Shown here: positions 59,152 to 60,919 of the stretch, piece by piece
Position numbering within the stretch: position 1 is the stretch's first letter
Layout: every line of letters starts with the position of its first letter
Assembly: GCA_016926205.1 (NCBI GenBank)
Contig: JAFGPB010000087.1
Span: 1-60,919, forward strand
Length of the DNA stretch: 60,919 bases
From: Bacteroidales bacterium
GTDB taxonomy: Bacteria; Bacteroidota; Bacteroidia; Bacteroidales; UBA10428
Direction of reading: 5' to 3'
Notes under the pieces: generated by a model
The model's input: the letters and a program-made list of their open reading frames with translations, nothing else
The model's database searches: none
What the model was told of the DNA's origin: nothing
Made by a program: the position numbers and the translations under genes

Positions 59152-59738
59152 GTGTCAGTCCTGCTTAATTTTTCTACCCGGTCATCCTTTATCCTGTAGT
59201 TTTCACCACTTTCCGGACAAACGGCAAGGCCGTTCCCGTCAAAATTCAGCCTGTGACCGTATTCACTCATCCATCCAGCATGCCGCGCCGGATTGCCAAG
59301 TACCAGTTCATAAGGTTTCACATCCCGGGTAACTACGGCACCCGCCCCGATAAATGCATATTTTCCGATCGTGATCCCGCAGATGATGGTTGCATTGGCC
59401 CCGATCGTGGAGCCTTTTTCCACCAGGGTTTTCATATACTGGTCCTTGCGCTCCACCGCACTTCTCGGATTGATGACGTTGGTGAACACCATTGAAGGAC
59501 CGAGAAAGACATCATCTTCACAAATTACGCCCGTATAAATGGAAACATTGTTCTGTACCTTCACACGATCACCCAGCCTGACCTGAGGTGAAACGACAAC
59601 ATTCTGGCCAAGGTTGCAGTTTCTGCCAATCATGCAACCCGACATAACATGCGTGAAATGCCATATTCTGGTTCCTTCGCCAATTACACAACCGTCATCA
59701 ACAACAGCCGTTTCGTGCGCGAAATACTTATTTTCCAT
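59148..59738 (-). CDS. WbpD/WlbB-like nucleotide-sugar N-acetyltransferase
   Basis: IWHFTH, CNLGQNV, KVQNNVSIY, GPSMVFTNVINPRS, C-terminal GWMSEYG..CPESG. Confidence 0.85.
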   Translation of the reverse strand: MENKYFAHETAVVDDGCVIGEGTRIWHFTHVMSGCMIGRNCNLGQNVVVSPQVRLGDRVKVQNNVSIYTGVICEDDVFLGPSMVFTNVINPRSAVERKDQYMKTLVEKGSTIGANATIICGITIGKYAFIGAGAVVTRDVKPYELVLGNPARHAGWMSEYGHRLNFDGNGLAVCPESGENYRIKDDRVEKLSRTDT

Positions 59739-60867
59739 GGTTGCTCTTTAAAAATTCCGTGATGTTGCCTGTTATATATTCAAGCTGTTCTTCATCCATT
59801 TCAGTATGCATGGGCAATGAAACCACAGTGTCACAAAGCATTTCCGCAACGGGGAAATCTCCCTTCCGGTAACCAAGATACTGATAGGCTTTCTGAAGAT
59901 GCAGGGGAACAGGATAATAGATCATGGTCGGTATTCCCTTTGTTTTCATGTAGTCCCTGAATTGTTCGCGGTGGATCCCCTCCAGTCTGATCGTATACTG
60001 GTGAAAGACATGTGTGCTGTAACCGGTCCGCACCGGCAAACGAATGCCCGGAAGATCAGCCAGCATGTCATCATAATATACAGCCACCCTTTGCCTGAGT
60101 CCGGCATATTCATCCAGGTGTCTGAGCTTGATCCGCAATATCGCAGCCTGAATGCTGTCAAGCCTCGAATTCACTCCGATCAGATCCTGGTAATATTTTA
60201 CACGACTGCCATGTGTTGTGATGGCAGCAAGGTCCTGTGCAAGATTGTCGTCATCCGTAAAAATAGCCCCTCCGTCACCAAAACAACCCAGGTTTTTCGA
60301 CGGGAAAAATGATGTGCATCCTACATGACCGATCGTCCCTGCTTTTCTGGCAGGATGGATGCCATGGTAATCAGCGCCGATGGCCTGAGCTGCATCTTCA
60401 ATCACCCACAATTCATGTTGCTTTGCCAGATTCATGATTCCTTCCATATCAGCACATTGACCAAACAGATGTACAGGTATGACGGCTTTCGTTTTCGAAG
60501 TAACCGCACTTTCCAACGATCTGAGATCCATATTGAAAGTGTCAGGATCAACATCTGCAAAGACGGGTTTCATGCCGAGCAGGGCGATCACCTCAACGGT
60601 CGCGCCAAAGGTAAAAGCAGGTGTGATCACTTCATCCCCGGGCTTCAGATCCAGTGCCATCAGACTGATCTGCAAGGCATCCGTTCCATTGCCGCATGAT
60701 ATTGCATTTTTGACATTCATGTATCGTGCCAGTTCCTTCTCAAAAGCTTTTACCTCAGGTCCCTTTATAAATGCAGAGCTCTCAATTACCTGCTGGATCG
60801 CCCGGTCAATTTCCGTTTGCAGCTTTTGATACTGACCATAGAGGTCAACCATTGCGATTCTGTTCAT
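59728..60867 (-). CDS. DegT/DnrJ/EryC1/StrS aminotransferase (WbpE/PorR-like)
   Basis: NGTDAL, VHLFGQ, EDAAQA, SFFPSKNLGCFGDGG, NSRLD. Confidence 0.9.
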   Translation of the reverse strand: MNRIAMVDLYGQYQKLQTEIDRAIQQVIESSAFIKGPEVKAFEKELARYMNVKNAISCGNGTDALQISLMALDLKPGDEVITPAFTFGATVEVIALLGMKPVFADVDPDTFNMDLRSLESAVTSKTKAVIPVHLFGQCADMEGIMNLAKQHELWVIEDAAQAIGADYHGIHPARKAGTIGHVGCTSFFPSKNLGCFGDGGAIFTDDDNLAQDLAAITTHGSRVKYYQDLIGVNSRLDSIQAAILRIKLRHLDEYAGLRQRVAVYYDDMLADLPGIRLPVRTGYSTHVFHQYTIRLEGIHREQFRDYMKTKGIPTMIYYPVPLHLQKAYQYLGYRKGDFPVAEMLCDTVVSLPMHTEMDEEQLEYITGNITEFLKSNHGK

Positions 60868-60919
60868 AGGGGTTTCTCTTGTTAGAACCTCACGAAGATA
60901 ATCAATTGTTAAAAATTTA

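Overview
A 60.9 kb, largely housekeeping stretch of a Bacteroidota (probably Bacteroidales-like) chromosome. The assignment rests on the LpxC-FabZ fusion, TAnnTTTG promoters and T9SS genes. Left to right: the T9SS translocon sprA (runs off the left edge, so absent from the ORF track) with ruvA and pdxA; a phoR/phoB pair divergent from a long PiT-family phosphate transporter; infB-nusA-rimP; HD protein-lpxD-lpxC/fabZ-lpxA; sufBCDSE-sufT; a tiny T9SS-CTD protein, a small beta-barrel, a small acidic protein, ung, a 925-aa DUF3352-like protein, mlaFE and manC; the T9SS motor operon porP-gldKLMN preceded by topA and a degenerate arginase-fold gene; PBP1A, radA, an rfaE2-like gene, panDC, a half glycogen synthase, glmS and nucleotide-sugar genes. 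I found no rRNA, tRNA, CRISPR, transposase or prophage genes. The best signals are non-coding or subtle: a mirror-symmetric 4+4 array of 11-bp Pho-box-like repeats, a triplicated infB 3' end, a perfect Per/Fur-type palindrome plus a structured leader before sufB, a CTD-only T9SS substrate and three apparent pseudo-enzymes. All family calls come from motif recognition by eye, not database searches.
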